Below are positions 1 through 14,727 of a DNA stretch of 64,000 nt, in pieces (position 1 is the stretch's first letter; each line of letters starts with the position of its first letter). The translations under genes were made by a program, and so were the position numbers. The notes beneath the pieces were generated by a model. It ran no database searches, was not told the DNA's origin, and saw only the letters and a list, made by a program, of their open reading frames with translations. The stretch is from Cycas panzhihuaensis. Taxonomy: Eukaryota; Plantae; Cycadophyta. The stretch lies in assembly GCA_023213395.1 (NCBI GenBank), contig CM041465.1, forward strand, positions 250,363,741-250,427,740. Reading direction: 5' to 3'.

Positions 1-445
1 TGTAATGCACACACAGATAAAGGGAGAAGATTGGTCATTATAAATAATTAGATTACAAGTTTAAACTATAGGGAGTTGGCCTAATTTTATATATTTTGTC
101 TTTAAAATAATTTTATTTGTCATTTTTCAAATATTGCCCAAAAAAATCCATAATGAATGCAAAATAAGTGATAACATTAACATCAAATTCCATAACCAAC
201 CTTTCCTTAGCCACCTACCATGAATAAATACATTCGATTATTGTGGATATATGATCATAAACTACATATCCACTTTTATTATGCTCAATTATAATCATAC
301 ATCTACACACACACACATAAAGATATTAATATTTTATATAATCAAACAAATTTTATATATATTAAGCTAATGTCCATACATTTAGTTAAGAACCTTGAAT
401 TATTATTATTTCACATAAAAATACAATCTTACCCATCCAAATACA

Positions 446-527
446 TGCATACATACACACACACACACACAGACATAGACACACACACGCACACACGCGC
501 GCACACACACACACACACATATATATA

Positions 528-591
<64 letters not shown>

Positions 592-714
592 TACACACAC
601 ATGCACATAAATGTTTACCCACATACATATATAAACATGTATGTATATGTGTGTGTGTGTGTACATGTATTCAAGCATGCATGTGGGTATGTATGCATGC
701 ATGTGCGTGTGCAC

Positions 715-753
<39 letters not shown>

Positions 754-780
754 CACACACACACATACACACATAAATAT
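446..780. repeat. Compound microsatellite (CA)n-(GA)n ... (TG)n-(CT)n-(CA)n
   Basis: Directly visible: (GA)n ~531-587, (TG)n ~648-662, (CT)n ~716-750. It explains the low-complexity ORFs at 386-816. Confidence 0.97.
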
Positions 781-1112
781 ATAGCTCAAGATACAAAGTA
801 TAACATATGGTTGTAGAGTTATTTACATAGCCAATTATTTAAATATCAAGGTTAATGGTCTAATCTAATTCATTTCATAAATTTTGGTATTAAGGCACAT
901 TTGAACATAAGAAGAGAAAAGCTTCAACATGACATACTCAGAGCCACCTTTACTAAAGAAGTAACTCTAAAGGATTGTGAGTAAATTAGCATAAAGAATA
1001 CTGAATGTGAAGAAGTTTCTCATATACTGATGGATAAACATGATAGAAAAATCAAGAGGAAGCTATTGAATTCTACCTCGGTCACAAGAATGATAAAAGG
1101 AAAGGGGATAAA

Positions 1113-1220
1113 TTAGTGTCAAAAATGCATATAAGCCCTACTAAATCATTGTAGAATATAATACTCAGTAGATTAATGTCATAAATGCATCTAATCCCTA
1201 TAAAAGCATTGTAGAAAATA
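1113..1220. repeat. Diverged ~59-bp tandem duplication
   Basis: attagtgtcaaaaatgcatataagccctactaaatcattgtagaatataa vs attaatgtcataaatgcatctaatccctataaaagcattgtagaaaataa. Confidence 0.75.
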
Positions 1221-1244
1221 AGATTCTTCACCTAACTAGAATCC

Positions 1245-3483
1245 TTTAAGATTTAAGAAAAAATATTTAGAACAGATAATGCAAGTGAATATATATATCT
1301 AAAGAATTTGAACAATATTTCAAGAATAATGGAATCAAGAGGTAATTCTCTACTCCATATACACCTCAATAAAATAGTGTAATAGAGAAAATGAATTGTA
1401 TTTTAGTTGAAAAGGCCAATTCAATGATGAAGGAAAAGAATGTTGTATACTCATTTTGGGAAGAATCCATTAAAATAGAAGCATACTTGATAAACGAGAG
1501 TATAATAACATAGTCATGATGTTACATTTAAGGATGCATGGATTGATATCAAACCAATAGTTAGTCATCTTAAAATTTTTAGTTATATAATATATATACA
1601 CATACCTAAGGAGAAGAGATAAAAACTTGATGATAAAAATTTAATATAATGAAGTAAGTAAAGCTTACAGGGTTTATGATTTATAAGTAAACAAAGTTCA
1701 CATATCTTGTTATGTGAGTTTTTATGAAGGTAATCATGAGATTGATTTAGACAAAGCAATTGAAGAAAAATGTGAATCAAATTCTTTATATTAGTCTAAT
1801 TCAAAACCATGCACTTTAAGGTAAGTTGATTATAAACTAAAATCTCTAATGATTTATGATTATAAGGAAAGTATTAAAGAAACTCCCATTAATAGTGATG
1901 TGCAAGTAACCTTATAGTAGTTGCCTAAATGGTATTTAAAACCCATTTTAGATGATAAATTATCAAAAATAAATGGGAATGTCTCAAGTGCTTAATGCAA
2001 ATGACTTCCATTTTTAGGAGGTAAATAAGAAACAAAATTGGAAAGATATAATGGATGTGGAACTTCAAGTAGTACATTGAATCTAAACATGGGGCTTAGA
2101 TGAATTATTGGCATCAAAAGAGGCAATTGGTTATAAGTGGGTATTTAAAACTAAGTTTAAGGCAAATGGTTCTATTAATAAATATAATGTAAGGTTAGTT
2201 GTACAAGATTTCAATCAGCAAGAAGGTATTATCTATAATGAAACCTTTTCATTTTTTACAAAGATGATGACATTTAAAATTATACTTATAGTAATAGTCC
2301 AATATAAATAGAAATTGCATCAAATGGACGTTAAGAGTGCTTTTCTAAATGGTGATTTGATAAAAGAGATATACATGCAATGAACTCTAAGATATGTCAA
2401 GAAAGACAAAGAACATCTCGTATGTTGACTCAATAAAGCCTTGCATGGATTAAAGCAAGTACCAAGGGCATGGTACATCAAGGCTAATGAATATTTCTTG
2501 AAACATATATTTTTGAGATCATAAAATGACTCAAACATCTATATCAAATTTTAAGATAATGAAGATATGATCTTATGGTTTTACATATTGATAACTTGGT
2601 GATAATAGGAAATAATACTTTAATGATTGATGGATTGAAGGCAAGTTTAAAATAAAACTTCAAAATGATAAATCTTACTCTACTTCATTATTTATATAGA
2701 GTAGAAGTATAAAAATACGTAGCAATATTTTCATTTTGTAAGGTAAGTACACTTTGGAATTGTTAAAGAGGTACAAGATAGAAGACTATAAATTAGTACT
2801 AACTCTTATGGAAATAGGACTCAATTTCTTAGAATAGGATATGGAGAAATAAGTTGATAGAACCCTATCTAGATAACTAATTAGAAGTCACACAAAATCC
2901 TAAGATGATTCCTTAGTTAGTAGCAAATTAAATCCTTGGACATTTGAAGGGAATATTACAATATGGACTTGTATTCACTTAATGTGAAGATTTCTAGTTA
3001 CAAGGATATTATGATTCAGATTGGGTAGGCCATGTTGATAATAAGCATTCTACATTAAGATAATATTTTAATCTTTGAATAACAATAGTTCCTTGGAGCA
3101 ATAAGAAATAAACAACTATTATACTTTCATCTATACAAGCATAGTTCAATGTCATAGTTTTAGTAATATATAAAGCATCATGGTTAAGGAGGATATTGGT
3201 AGATTTAAGACTTTATTAGGATAATGCAACAAAGATGTACTATGATAATAAAAGTATATTAAAGATAACAAAGAATCTAATTCATCATGCTCATGCCAAG
3301 CATGTCGAGGTCTATCATCACTTCATTAGAGAACAAATCTAGAATAGAAAAATAGAACTCATCTACAAATCAACCAATGAGCAAATTATAGATGTCTTCA
3401 CCAAACCTTCATTATGTGACAACTTAGAGAAGTTTAAAGAAGGTATTGGTGTGGGAGAAAATGATGTAAAGATTAAGGAGGAG
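1245..3483 (+). mobile_element. 5'-truncated degenerate Ty1/Copia pol relic (INT-RT-RNaseH) ending in a PPT
   Basis: Integrase FRTDNASEY and STPYTPQ*NSV (~1270-1400). RT IGYKWVFKTK..RLVVQDFNQQEGI and QMDVKSAFLNGDL (2130-2360). RNase H GYYDSDWVG and KHVEVYHHFIRE..DVFTKP (3000-3410). PPT attaaggaggag at 3472-3483. INT precedes RT, the Copia order. Confidence 0.93.
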
Positions 3484-3806
3484 TGTGAGAGAAAATGTTT
3501 ACATATGTATAATGGTCTAGGAGTCATGACTTAATGCTATGTATCTAAGATCTTAATAAGTCGTTAATGTGTAATGCCTATGATTAGCTAATATAGTGGT
3601 TATTAATTATTAGTCATAATGTTCATGTCGAGCTATTGGTTAGAAATGAGGGATAATGTGCTACTTATAATTGTGTAAGTCACTACATCAAGTATATATG
3701 AGAGTTGAGTCAAGTCATGATGTATTGTCATAATGATGGTCATAATATTTCACTAAGCATTTAAGTGTAATATCATCATATACTAGTAGATTAATTCTAC
3801 CACAAC
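3484..3806 (+). repeat. Putative 3' LTR of the truncated Copia (right boundary uncertain)
   Basis: TGTGAG starts immediately after the PPT. No partner LTR is in the window, so the end is guessed at ...acaaca. Confidence 0.45.
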
Positions 3807-5724
3807 ACATTTCTGATAGCATGTATCATATTCTATGTGAGTGATATCTATCGTCGATGCATTGTAGTTAATGATATTAGACCCATCATAATTGTAACAA
3901 TCTTGTATTTTCAAAAACAAAACAAATGTCTCATAGAAATAAATAAATAAATAAACACATACAAACACACACATATACATATATACATATAGATAGATAG
4001 ATAGATAGGTATCTCATAGGGGCTTAAACTCCAACATCCTCTAAAAAGAGGAATTTTTTATTAACACTATAAGAATCTAAGTCTTCTTCACACGTGCCAC
4101 AACTTTCGGTGGGTTAATAAGAAAACTATAAGAATGATATTAGAACTATAATATATTGATGTGATGCTTGCAATAAAAACAACATTCATGTAATAAAGCA
4201 AAAATATTTAAACCACATTCTAGAGCACTGCTTCTAAGATAACCCCTTTTTATCATATCATATAGCTATACAATTGATTGAACATATACCCACTATATTA
4301 TAGAATTATTTATAACTTTTTTATAATATATACAAGATCATATTACATTTAGATATTTAACTCACTAGCTCACAATACATACTCAACATTCACAGAAACT
4401 TTTTGCTTATAACTTCTCTCACTCACTCTCTATGCCTTGATAGAGATTAACACATTCACAATCACTCTTACACTTTATGATTCTTTAGGCATTAATGACC
4501 ATGCTGACAACTTATAACAAACTCCATGTTTAGCAATCAATAAGTGTTATATTTATTAGAGATTTTGCACTATTACCATATTCCTTTATTATGTTTCTAT
4601 TTCACATGTATGCACTACCTCTATTAATGCTTCCATGTGTTTAGCACATTGCCTCTATTGGTGTTTTATGTATTCTTCTCTTTTATTTCCCTAGGCTGCC
4701 ACATTATAACAACTCTTTGGTTCTTCTCCTTCTACTATAGCCACTCCTTTGACTTAGTTTCCTAGAGTCCAACCTAGTTATCCTAAGTCCAACCCTTTTT
4801 CCTTCAAGCTCCTCACTATTTATACATCCATATACAAATGGTCTTCTTACCAATTCCTTTAACTTGGCATTCTTTAAAGTCACCTACCTATTGTCTCCAT
4901 AATTACTCCCTTGCATGTGTATGACCTATGTTATCATCTAAATCTCCTTGCTAACATCCTTGTATTTGTGCACCTCACACTTCAAAAGTAGGTGAAATCT
5001 TACCAACCTTACCCTTTTATTTTACCCTTTGCATACAATTATTTTGATGCACATCTCACAAGTCAACTATCTCATGTAGTGTATCACATTTTATCCTTTG
5101 ATAGGATTTGCATTTTATACACCCGCTACTCTACTCATCTCTTTATCCTTCTCATGTATCACCTCTCATGAATACCACACTCACATGTCCATCTAATGCT
5201 TGCCTTATATCCTTCATTCAATGACTATGATTATCATCACAACTTACTATTTACTACTCCTTTAGATTACCCATTATTGTTATATGTGTGATCGAACAAT
5301 TCATATTCAAGCTTTGCATCTCCATTTGATAGACACAATCTTTGTAAACCTTCAATATCCATTAGTCTCTTCTAAGAATCTTCTCACTTATAAATTCCTT
5401 TAAATGCATCCATGTGTCTGTAATTTTATAATTGCCAATACATTGGAACTTACTACTCTTTCGACCTTCCCTCACTTTTTCATTACTGATCAATGGCTTG
5501 GATCTAATATCATGTTGCTCATATATGGTCTATCATTTCATTATAACCATTCTCATCATAGATCCCCCTCTTTATAAACTCACTTCCTTACAAAGCTCAT
5601 ACATGCAAACTTAATATGATATTGAAGTGTGTCCTCCATCTAATAGACCACACTCCTTCATAACACCCTTTCTCCTCACTTTACCTTTCATGACCTAGTG
5701 TCACATACCGCTCATTAATAGGCT

Positions 5725-6063
5725 TACTACACTACTTATAACTCAATTGGTTAACCATAGTTGTTAACCATTAATTAAACTTAATAACTAGTTTAACATT
5801 TTAATATTTGGTGAGAGATATCAAATGGTATTTGGCGAGAGATATCAAAAGGCAGGAAAACATTTGAATGATTGCATACCATTTGTATAAATCACCCCCT
5901 CTCATGTAATTGCTCATTATAAGTTTTGAAATCAATCAAATCTTCTCATTAAGAGATTTTATCAATAACTTCTCAATACTTACAATACCTCCTTCATTAT
6001 GCACACATTGATTATTACTTAAAATCATATGTGAAGGTAATAGTAGACACTTAGTTTAGTACA
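5725..6063 (+). repeat. B 5' LTR
   Basis: 339 bp, TA...CA, colinear with 10995-11332. Confidence 0.93.
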
Positions 6064-9000
6064 AGTGGTATTAGATTTATGCATAGGATCATTTTACTAT
6101 ACACTAAGCCCTCTCCTTTAGGTATTTTATCTTTGTAGGACATTTTAACCATTGCATAGTACACTTCTTATGATTTATTACACCATATTTTGCTCAATGT
6201 TTTTCGTGCTAACTAGTGGCCTATCGAGTCCATCAACCTCCATCCCTTGTATACACTCCTATGTCTAGGCAATAAACTATTTCCCCAAACAACGTTTATA
6301 GTTTCCTGAAAACCCTTTTATAATCTCCAAAAAAGCATTATCCCTTCTAAAATATTATATATATACTCCTTATCCCTATTAAACCATTTCCATTGCATTC
6401 TAAACTCTTGCATTAATCTCTTTGAATTTACATAGGTCAAAATTCATTATTGTTCATCAAGACATTTTAGTAATCACCTAATCTTATATAGTAACAAGTC
6501 AGTATATTATATATTAGCCTTCAAGTCATTTTGGTCTAAACCTTACAAGTCATTATTCTTTAGTTGCTACCACCAATCATCTAGTTATTTTCTTTGGCCT
6601 TTTAAATTAGAGTCCCTTTTAATCTTAGTGTGAGGAACCTCTCTTAGCTTTGGATCTTTGATCTAGTGCAATAAAGGCTACATATATTGATTGCTTAAGG
6701 CAATAAAAAATGGCCAATAAAGACAATACTAGTAAGGGTATTTTTGCATGTCTTGATACCATGGACTAATGGATAAAGTAGACAAATGATAATATCAACA
6801 AGATCATGTCTAAGTAGATAGAACCAAAGTAAGAATCATCTAACTCTCAGACCAATAATAACAATGCCAATAATCAGATAATGATTCAATACAAAAAGCA
6901 ACTTATTATTCCCAACTTTAGAATCAAGGGCACAATCAATTTTGATGAATAGATTGCTAATCTTGAAGCAACATTTGATAACCTTAAAATTAGTGCTCTA
7001 TGCAAAAAGGTTTGTTTTGCCATCAACTATATGGAAGGGCATCTATATATATGGGTATAGAAATGGATTTCTAACCATAGATTTATCTTCAAGGATCATT
7101 TCATTGACATTATTCACAACTACATTGAAGGACCTAACTCCACTCCTTATAAGGTCTAGTTGTCTTATTATCTCTAGTGATACTCTTCAATTGAGGAATT
7201 CATGGAGTGTTTTGAGAAAATCTAACTTAAGACCACTCTATCCAATAAGGAAGCTTCTTAATTCTACCAGGCTAATCTCCAACCTAATATTGGTATTAAG
7301 GTAAAGATGTTTCAACCAAAATCATTAGAGAAAGTTATCATCCTAGTTAGATAAGCTAAGATTAAACAACAAACATAAATTCTTCATTACATTCCTTCTA
7401 CTCATCATCCTGGCTTTAATAATTAGACCCTAACAACAACTCATCTGATAGATGCTAATAAGCCAATCATAAATAAAAACTCTAAGTAATGTAGAGGCAA
7501 GTGGGTTATACAAGATCTCAAGATCTGCCAAAAAAGAAATCAACTTTACATAGATGAAGTTGATATGGATGAAAATGAATCTAATATTCTAGAGGAATAA
7601 ATTACCTTCAAGGAACAACCATCACTTGAAAGTGGTTAACCATCTATCTCTTTTATAGCTATTTTTGGGGAATAGTAACCCAATAGCATTAAGTTACAAT
7701 GATTCCCCCCAGAAATAAAAGGTCATTGTCTTGATTGACCTAGATATCACACATAACTTCATGGACACCAAGATAGTCATCTTCTTTGTCATATTTATTG
7801 ATAGGCCCAAAATCTTTTGCATTGTAGTACTAGGTTAAAGATAAATCAATTATGATGGGGAACTCCCTAATCTAGAACTCCATATCAGCACATTCTTCTT
7901 TTACACCAACTATTATGCTTTTCCCATTGGAATCCTAGATGTAGCATTGGGAGTTGAATGGTAGGAAGTTAAGGAGTTATACATTAAATCATGACAAAGA
8001 CTTCATCTATTTCCATTGGGATGGAAAATTACATCCATTGTTTGGAATCATGACACATGATTCTAAAGTTATATTCACAACAAAGATGGATAAGTTACTT
8101 AATAAATGACATGTAAGATTCATTATTAAATTTTCTCTATAGAGGTATGCACATCAAAGGAACACCTTAAACTGCATTAGACTTATGACCTTCGAGACTT
8201 CTTGTAACAACATGAGTTAGTATTCTAACCTCTATTGGCAAGACTCCTACCTAATTTTGACATAAAGTATATTATTAAAATCAAACTAAGAGAAGGTCCA
8301 ATTTTAGTTCATCCTTATAGGTATAGCCTTAACCAAAATATAGAGATTGAATGACTTACCAACAACCTTCTATAACTTTGAGCTATTACTCATAGTAAAA
8401 GTCCTTATACAACTTCAATTATCTTGGCTTATAAAAAAGATGGGTCCTTCAATCTTTGTGTAGATTACCATACATTAAATTTAATCGAGACAAAGAATAA
8501 ATATCCCATTCTTAGGATGGATTATGTCATCAATAAACTTTATGGCATAGCATTATTTTTAATTATTAAATCCTTATTAGAATAATCAATTATGAGAAAA
8601 TAACCCTCAAGATATATCAAGGACTATATGGATCTAAAGTCATAACCTTTGGCCTCACAAATGGTTTGATAACATTCCAAGCCATAATGAATAAGGTACT
8701 TGCTCCTTTTCTATGCAAGTTTATCATGGTTTTCATTGACAACATCTTAGTCTATAACAAATATTATTAATAATATCTCAATCATTTAAATAAGGTATTA
8801 GAAACCTTAAGTCACAACAAATTATTTGTCAAGCAAGCCAAGTGCCATTTAGACTAGTAAATACTAGAATATTTAGGTCACATCATTTCAATACATGGTG
8901 CTCATATAGACCCTAATAAAATTCAAGTAATTTTGGATTGGCTAATACCCACTTTGGTCACTATTGTTTAAGGGTTTTAGGGACTTATTGGTTTTCATAG

Positions 9001-10994
9001 GTAATATATTTGGCATTATTTATCCCTTACTACCCCACTCACTAATCCCTATAAAAAGAATTCCTTCCATTGGTTGAACATGATCAACCATGCCTTTTCA
9101 TGCCTAAAAGTGACTATTACTTTTGCCCTTATATTAGTAATGCTTAATTTTGCCAAACCCCTTGAACTACATTATAATGCATATGGATTAGGTATAAGTG
9201 TGATTTTAATGTAAAACAAATAACCCATAGTATTTGAAATCCAAAAACTTAACCTTTAAGAGCAGACCTACTTGGTTTATAATAAAAAAATGTTGCCTAT
9301 TTTCCATGCCTTAGGAAATGGTGATATCACGTATTTAATAATAAATTCATAGTGCATACCAATCATCACAGTCTCAAGCATCTCTTACAATAATGTATCT
9401 TATGAAAATTATAATATAAATGGCTTACAAAAAATTATTATTTTGATTTTAACATTGTATATAAGAAGGGCAAAGATAATACTATGGTTGATAATTTATC
9501 TAGGAAATGTGAATATGAGTCATATATTATTATTTCCATAGCACTTCTTATATGGATTGATAAAATCTACTTTGAATATGATAGTGACCTAATAATTAAA
9601 GCCAAGCTCTAAGATTGCCATCAAGGAAAAGCTCTACCAAATTAGTCATTACATAGATACACATTATTGTACAAAGATTGAATCTACCTCAATCTTTAGC
9701 TCTTAAAAGGATCATCCTCTAGGAAGGACATGCTACACCATCCTTTAGACATTTGGGTTTTGACAAATCTTATGATCCCATAAGGAGATTATTTTATTGG
9801 CCAGGGAAAAAATCTAATATTCAACACTTCATTACTTCTTATGATATTTACTAATGACAAAAAATGAAGATAGTAAAGCTTCATGGTCTACTTCAACCAT
9901 TACCAAATTTATATCATAAGTGGACATATATTAGTATGGATTTTATTACAAGATTACCCAAATTTGTTCATAAAGATGTTATTTTAGTTGTCATAGATCA
10001 CCTAACAAAAAATATATATTTTATTCCACTATGCATCACAATATCTACACCTCAAATTGTTGACCTATTCATGAAGTCAATCCATCACCTCCATGTGTTT
10101 TCTCAGATAATTATCAGGGATCAAAACCCAAAGTTTACATGTAAATTTTGGTCTAAACTATTTCAACTACCAAGGACCCAGTTGTATATGAGTATAGCCT
10201 ACTATCCATAAATTGACGATCAAACTAAGGTTATCAACAAATGTCTTAAAGGATATTTATATTGCTTTGTAGAAGATAAGCAATCCCAATGGGTGTAATG
10301 GGTGCACTTAGCCAAATATTGGTATAATACTTCATACTATTCAATAATCAAGATGTCCCTCTTCGTAGTACTTTATGGTTACCTACCACTAAATATCAAT
10401 TCCTTCTTCTAAAAAATGACTAAAGCACCATCGATTGAACAAATCTAGTGGCAAATTTTAAATCTTCTTTAAGCTCTCAAAGATAACCTCCAGCTAGCTC
10501 AAAATTATATGAAGCAACAAGCTAATACCCATCACTCTGAAAGAGAATTCAACATTGGTGATTAGGTTTCCATTCATCTACAACCCTATAAATAATCATC
10601 CCTTAAGTCTTAAGGGAAATAAAAGTTTACTCCTTGGTTCTATGGACCATTTTAAATTTTGCAATGATTTGGTTATGTTCCCTATGCTTTGGATATACTG
10701 GGCATATAAATTTATAATATTTTTCATGTTCTAGTCTCAAACCTAAAATTAGCTCTAAGGTCATACCATAAACAAAATTACATATACTTGATGAAGAAGG
10801 CTAGCTTGTCTTAAGTCTACAAGGAATTATTGATACTTACACTAGACACTTATAAAGATAGACAATAAATGAGTATCTGATTTAATAACAGTCACTCCCG
10901 CCTGATGATGTTATTTAGGAAAGTGAAGACATCCTCCAAAAGTTCCTTAACCTTCCCATGATTTAAGGGAAAAGCATCTCAAAGGGGGAGGACT

Positions 10995-11332
10995 TATTGC
11001 ACTACTTACAACTTGGTTTGTTAACCATAGTAGTTAGCCATTAATTAAACTTAATAACTAGTTTAGCATTTGAATATTTAATGGGAGATATCGAAAGGTA
11101 TTTGGTAGGAGATATTAAAAAGCAAAAAAATATTTGAATGGTTACATACTACTTATATAAATTCCCCCATTCTCATAATTACTTATTATGTGTTTTGAAA
11201 TCAATTAAATCTTTGCATTCAGAGATTTTATCAATAACTTCTTAGTGCTTACAATACCTCCTTTATTATGCATATTTGGATTACTAATTAAATTTATGTG
11301 TGAAGGCAATAATAAATGCTCGATCTACTACA
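10995..11332 (+). repeat. B 3' LTR
   Basis: 338 bp, follows the PPT and is followed by TSD AGGCT. Confidence 0.93.
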
Positions 11333-12130
11333 AGGCTTAATGTTAACTCCACTCACAACTTACTTCATTTGTTAATGTCTCATTTATATAATCAACCCAC
11401 TTGTGAGTAGCATCTAATATAGTCATGTGCCTTTGGTCTAATGATTTCCACCTACTTGTGATATACTCTCTTTGTAAACTTCCATCTCATAATTTCTCTT
11501 CTATGCGAGGCTCCCTGATAGTTTCCATATATCTCCAATCTAACAACCATCATTCCATCATAGCCTCTTCTCTTATGAACTCTTCATACAATCATATATG
11601 TGAATAATCATAAGTTTTACCTTTTGTGATGCCTCTTGATCAATGCCATCCATCCTTTGATTTAATATCTATCATTTACTTGGGACTTCACTTAGTCTTT
11701 TGACTTTCTCCCCTTGCATCCCTTGCAAGTATCACTACTACAAGGCCCTTAAATATTTTCCACCTATCTAGTGATCTAATGGTCATGATCTTATCACACT
11801 TAATTTTACTCACACTGGTAACCTTTACTCTTTGTGGTTACCTTTCTCCCTCGCAACTTATAAGTTTGGAACTATGATATTACTTGTAATCCTTCATCTT
11901 TTTACTAGCACTTTCATATGAGTGCTTCCATTAGATGTTTCTAATTGCTGCCATGTATTTATCCATGACTACATCATGATTTTTGTACCTTATGGTTCCT
12001 CTTACTCAGTAGCTATAAAATTGCCATTTGTATTATAACAAAAGGCCAACTTGAGAGGTTTTTTACTCCAAAATACTCTACTACATATTTTCCCCTAAGT
12101 GCATGTAGTCCTAAGGATTGTCCTACATCA

Positions 12131-14184
12131 TTCTCCCCTTGTCATAAAAAATTTGAGCTTTTGCTCAAATGCTTTGCTCTTGCCTACCGTGCTTTTGTTA
12201 TGATTGAAGTTTTTTTTTTTAGTTATTATCTTAAAAAATGCCTTCAACTACACCTGCTTTTACTTCAACTATCATCTTACAAAAATAAATAGATTAATAA
12301 AATAACAAAATAACTTTATCTTTTCAAATACTTCCATTTGTAGAGATCGCTTCCCCTTTCTTTTAATCCAAAAAGTAGTTGATTCTCCTAGATTAAACAT
12401 AATTATATATCTACTCAGTAGTCCTCATATTATCTCTAACTCCTAGATGTTGAGCTACTTTGCTCATGCTTCATGTCCTTCTTGGACTCTTCATGATGTA
12501 CCTTCTCTCCTATTTATGCATTATTATAAATATCATTCATATAAATCTTTTGCATTCTCTACTTAATAGAAGTATTTTCTCTGCCTTCTCTATCTCTTCT
12601 AAAGTCACCACATCACTCTTTATTCCAAAAGCTAACCAAGGCAATATAGGTTTAGGCATGCTACCTAAATTCTTCCACTTCTCTAAGGCCTCAAATTCTA
12701 TAAACTTCCATACATCCTCATCTAAAATGCTTTTGTGTCTATTCTAGTTACTCTCATTAACAACTATTTTATCTACTTTCTCCTTCAAGTAAATTTTTTG
12801 CTTCTCTATCATAAGCCTCCCTTCAACAAGATCCTTTACCTTATAGTCCTTTAAGTGTACACACGCACACACACATAGTTTCTAAAATTGTATTCTTCTT
12901 CATGTTGTCATCCTCTTTAATATTCTTTTCAGCCTTAACCCCTTCTCTACCTTTTATCTACTTCTTCTTTTATAGCAACCTCACATGCTATTATTAGACC
13001 AACCTCCTCCTTCTCATACTCATGCTTAATATCCATCAAATAAGTATTATCATAGTAGATATCTACATCTACTTTTATCCATGTCTCCTCCTCATAGATA
13101 TCCTTCATATTTTCTTCATCCTTAATCTCCTCATTAACATGGCACATATTTAATGTGCTCTCATCAACATTTTCCATAGGTAGGGTTGTAGAATTTACCT
13201 CAACCTAACCTTCTAACTCCAACTCAAAAGGAATTTGTTTTAATAACACCCTCTCACTATAGTTTTTCTCTTCTATCTTAGAACTTATATATGCTTTCTC
13301 CTCAAGTGTATAGGTTCATTCCATCATCTTTGGCATGCAATTAGCACATTCCTATGCTTCACTCTCTATATGAGGATCTTCTTTCTTACCATCATAGTCA
13401 TCTAAGGACATTAAACCCTTGCTTCTATCCTTTGAGATTGGATAATACTAAAACACCTTAATCTCTTCTTTATCTTCTATTTCATCCTCTACTTCTCTCC
13501 TCAAAGGAGTATAAGCCTCTAACACCAAATCCTCTACAACCATCCTTAGTGAAAAGTCACCTCTAGTGACCTTTTATATGTTTCTCCTTGCATATACATA
13601 CTCTTCCTCATCCTTATTGAGTATATATATATTCAACACTTAATCTTTCATCTTAATCCACTCCTTAATATTCTTCTTACCTCTCTTTACTCTCTTAGTC
13701 TACATATTCTCCCACCATAAAGTAATTTGTCCCTTTAAGCTCTGCTTACAAAATATCACCTTCTTCTTCATAAATAAATAGGTGCTCCATTGCCTTACCA
13801 ACTATCTAGCCTCCTTGGGCTACCTTCAAATTGCATAATATCCTCCTCTATTCTAACTCCTTTCTTCTTATTATTTTGCAAGCTCAAGGATGATCTTATC
13901 ACATTAACTAATTGTTGCTCCATACTAGTAGGTTCCTTTTGTCTTGGTCTTCTCTTTTCTTCCACTTTTCTATCATTCCTTCAAAAGATTCTCCCTACTT
14001 TAACATAGTCTCCAGTCCTTATATCCTTAGGTTCTTACTTTCCATCTTCCTCTACTCTTCTTATCACATTGACTTACTTTGCATAAGCTCTATTTCTTTA
14101 TAAGATAGCTCTATTTCCAAAATGCCTTCGCTTTCTGCTAATCTTTCATTCTATAGCTCTAACATCCATGGCTTTGATACTAAA
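12131..14184 (-). pseudogene. A internal region: gag relic followed by a degenerate Glu/Lys-rich reading frame; no pol
   Basis: Minus-strand KKVIFCKQSLKGQITLWWENM*TKRVKRGKKNIKEWIKMK (~13650-13770) resembles retrotransposon gag. Acidic ORF fragment 12947-13177. No RT/RH/INT motifs in the 2.05 kb between PBS and PPT. Confidence 0.75.
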
Positions 14185-14727
14185 TGATGTAGTATTCATA
14201 ATACAAACGATATTTATGCAACAAAGGAAAAATATTAAATCCATATTTAAGAGTACCCCTTCTAAGATCTTTAAAACTAATGGAATATAACCCCTTTTTA
14301 TTATATCATAGAACTATATACATAGTTGAACATATACCCTCAGGATTACAAAAGTATTTGCAATACTTTTATAATATATACAAGATCATATTACATCTAG
14401 ATATTCAACTCACTAACTCGTAATGTAAACTCTTCCTTCACACAATATTTTACTTATAACTTCACTCACTTACTCTTTATACCTCAATAGATATTAATAT
14501 ACTTATAATTACTTTCATACTTTATGCCTCCCTAGGTATTAATGACCATACTAATAACTCAAAATCAACTCTAAGTTCTGAAATTAGTAAGCACTACCTC
14601 TATTAGTACTTTTGTACTATTGCCATACTCCTCCTTTATACTTTTATTTCATACATATACACTACTTATATTGATGCTTTTGTGTATTTATCATACTACC
14701 TCAATTAATGGCTTTATATGTTTTGTG

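Larger units (their letters stand above)
5725..11332 (+). mobile_element. Element B: full-length degenerate Ty3/Gypsy chromovirus (Reina/Tekay-like)
   Basis: LTRs 5725-6063 and 10995-11332. TSD AGGCT at 5720-5724 and 11333-11337. PBS tggtattaga 6066-6075. PPT aaagggggagga 10981-10992. Gag ~6880-7350, protease VLIDLDITHNF ~7727, RT VFIDNILVY ~8729, INT ORF 9864-10211 (ISMDFITRLP), chromodomain-like remnant ~10820-10950. The empty site is seen in A LTR2 at ~55010. Confidence 0.95.
4157..12130 (-). repeat. A 3' LTR (~2.36 kb, split by element B)
   Basis: Colinear similarity to LTR2 segments, e.g. 4671-4830 with 45899-46060 and 5530-5720 with 54820-55010. TATA box (rc gtataaatag) at ~4817-4826. 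Confidence 0.82.

Noticed and set aside
386-816. ORFs with SL/ER/CV runs
   Set aside because: Microsatellite translations.
11551-11585. Alternative PPT/LTR start for element A (rc agagaagaggcta|tgatg)
   Set aside because: The site at 12130 gives a better CRM-type PPT context and a perfect 8-bp terminal inverted repeat.
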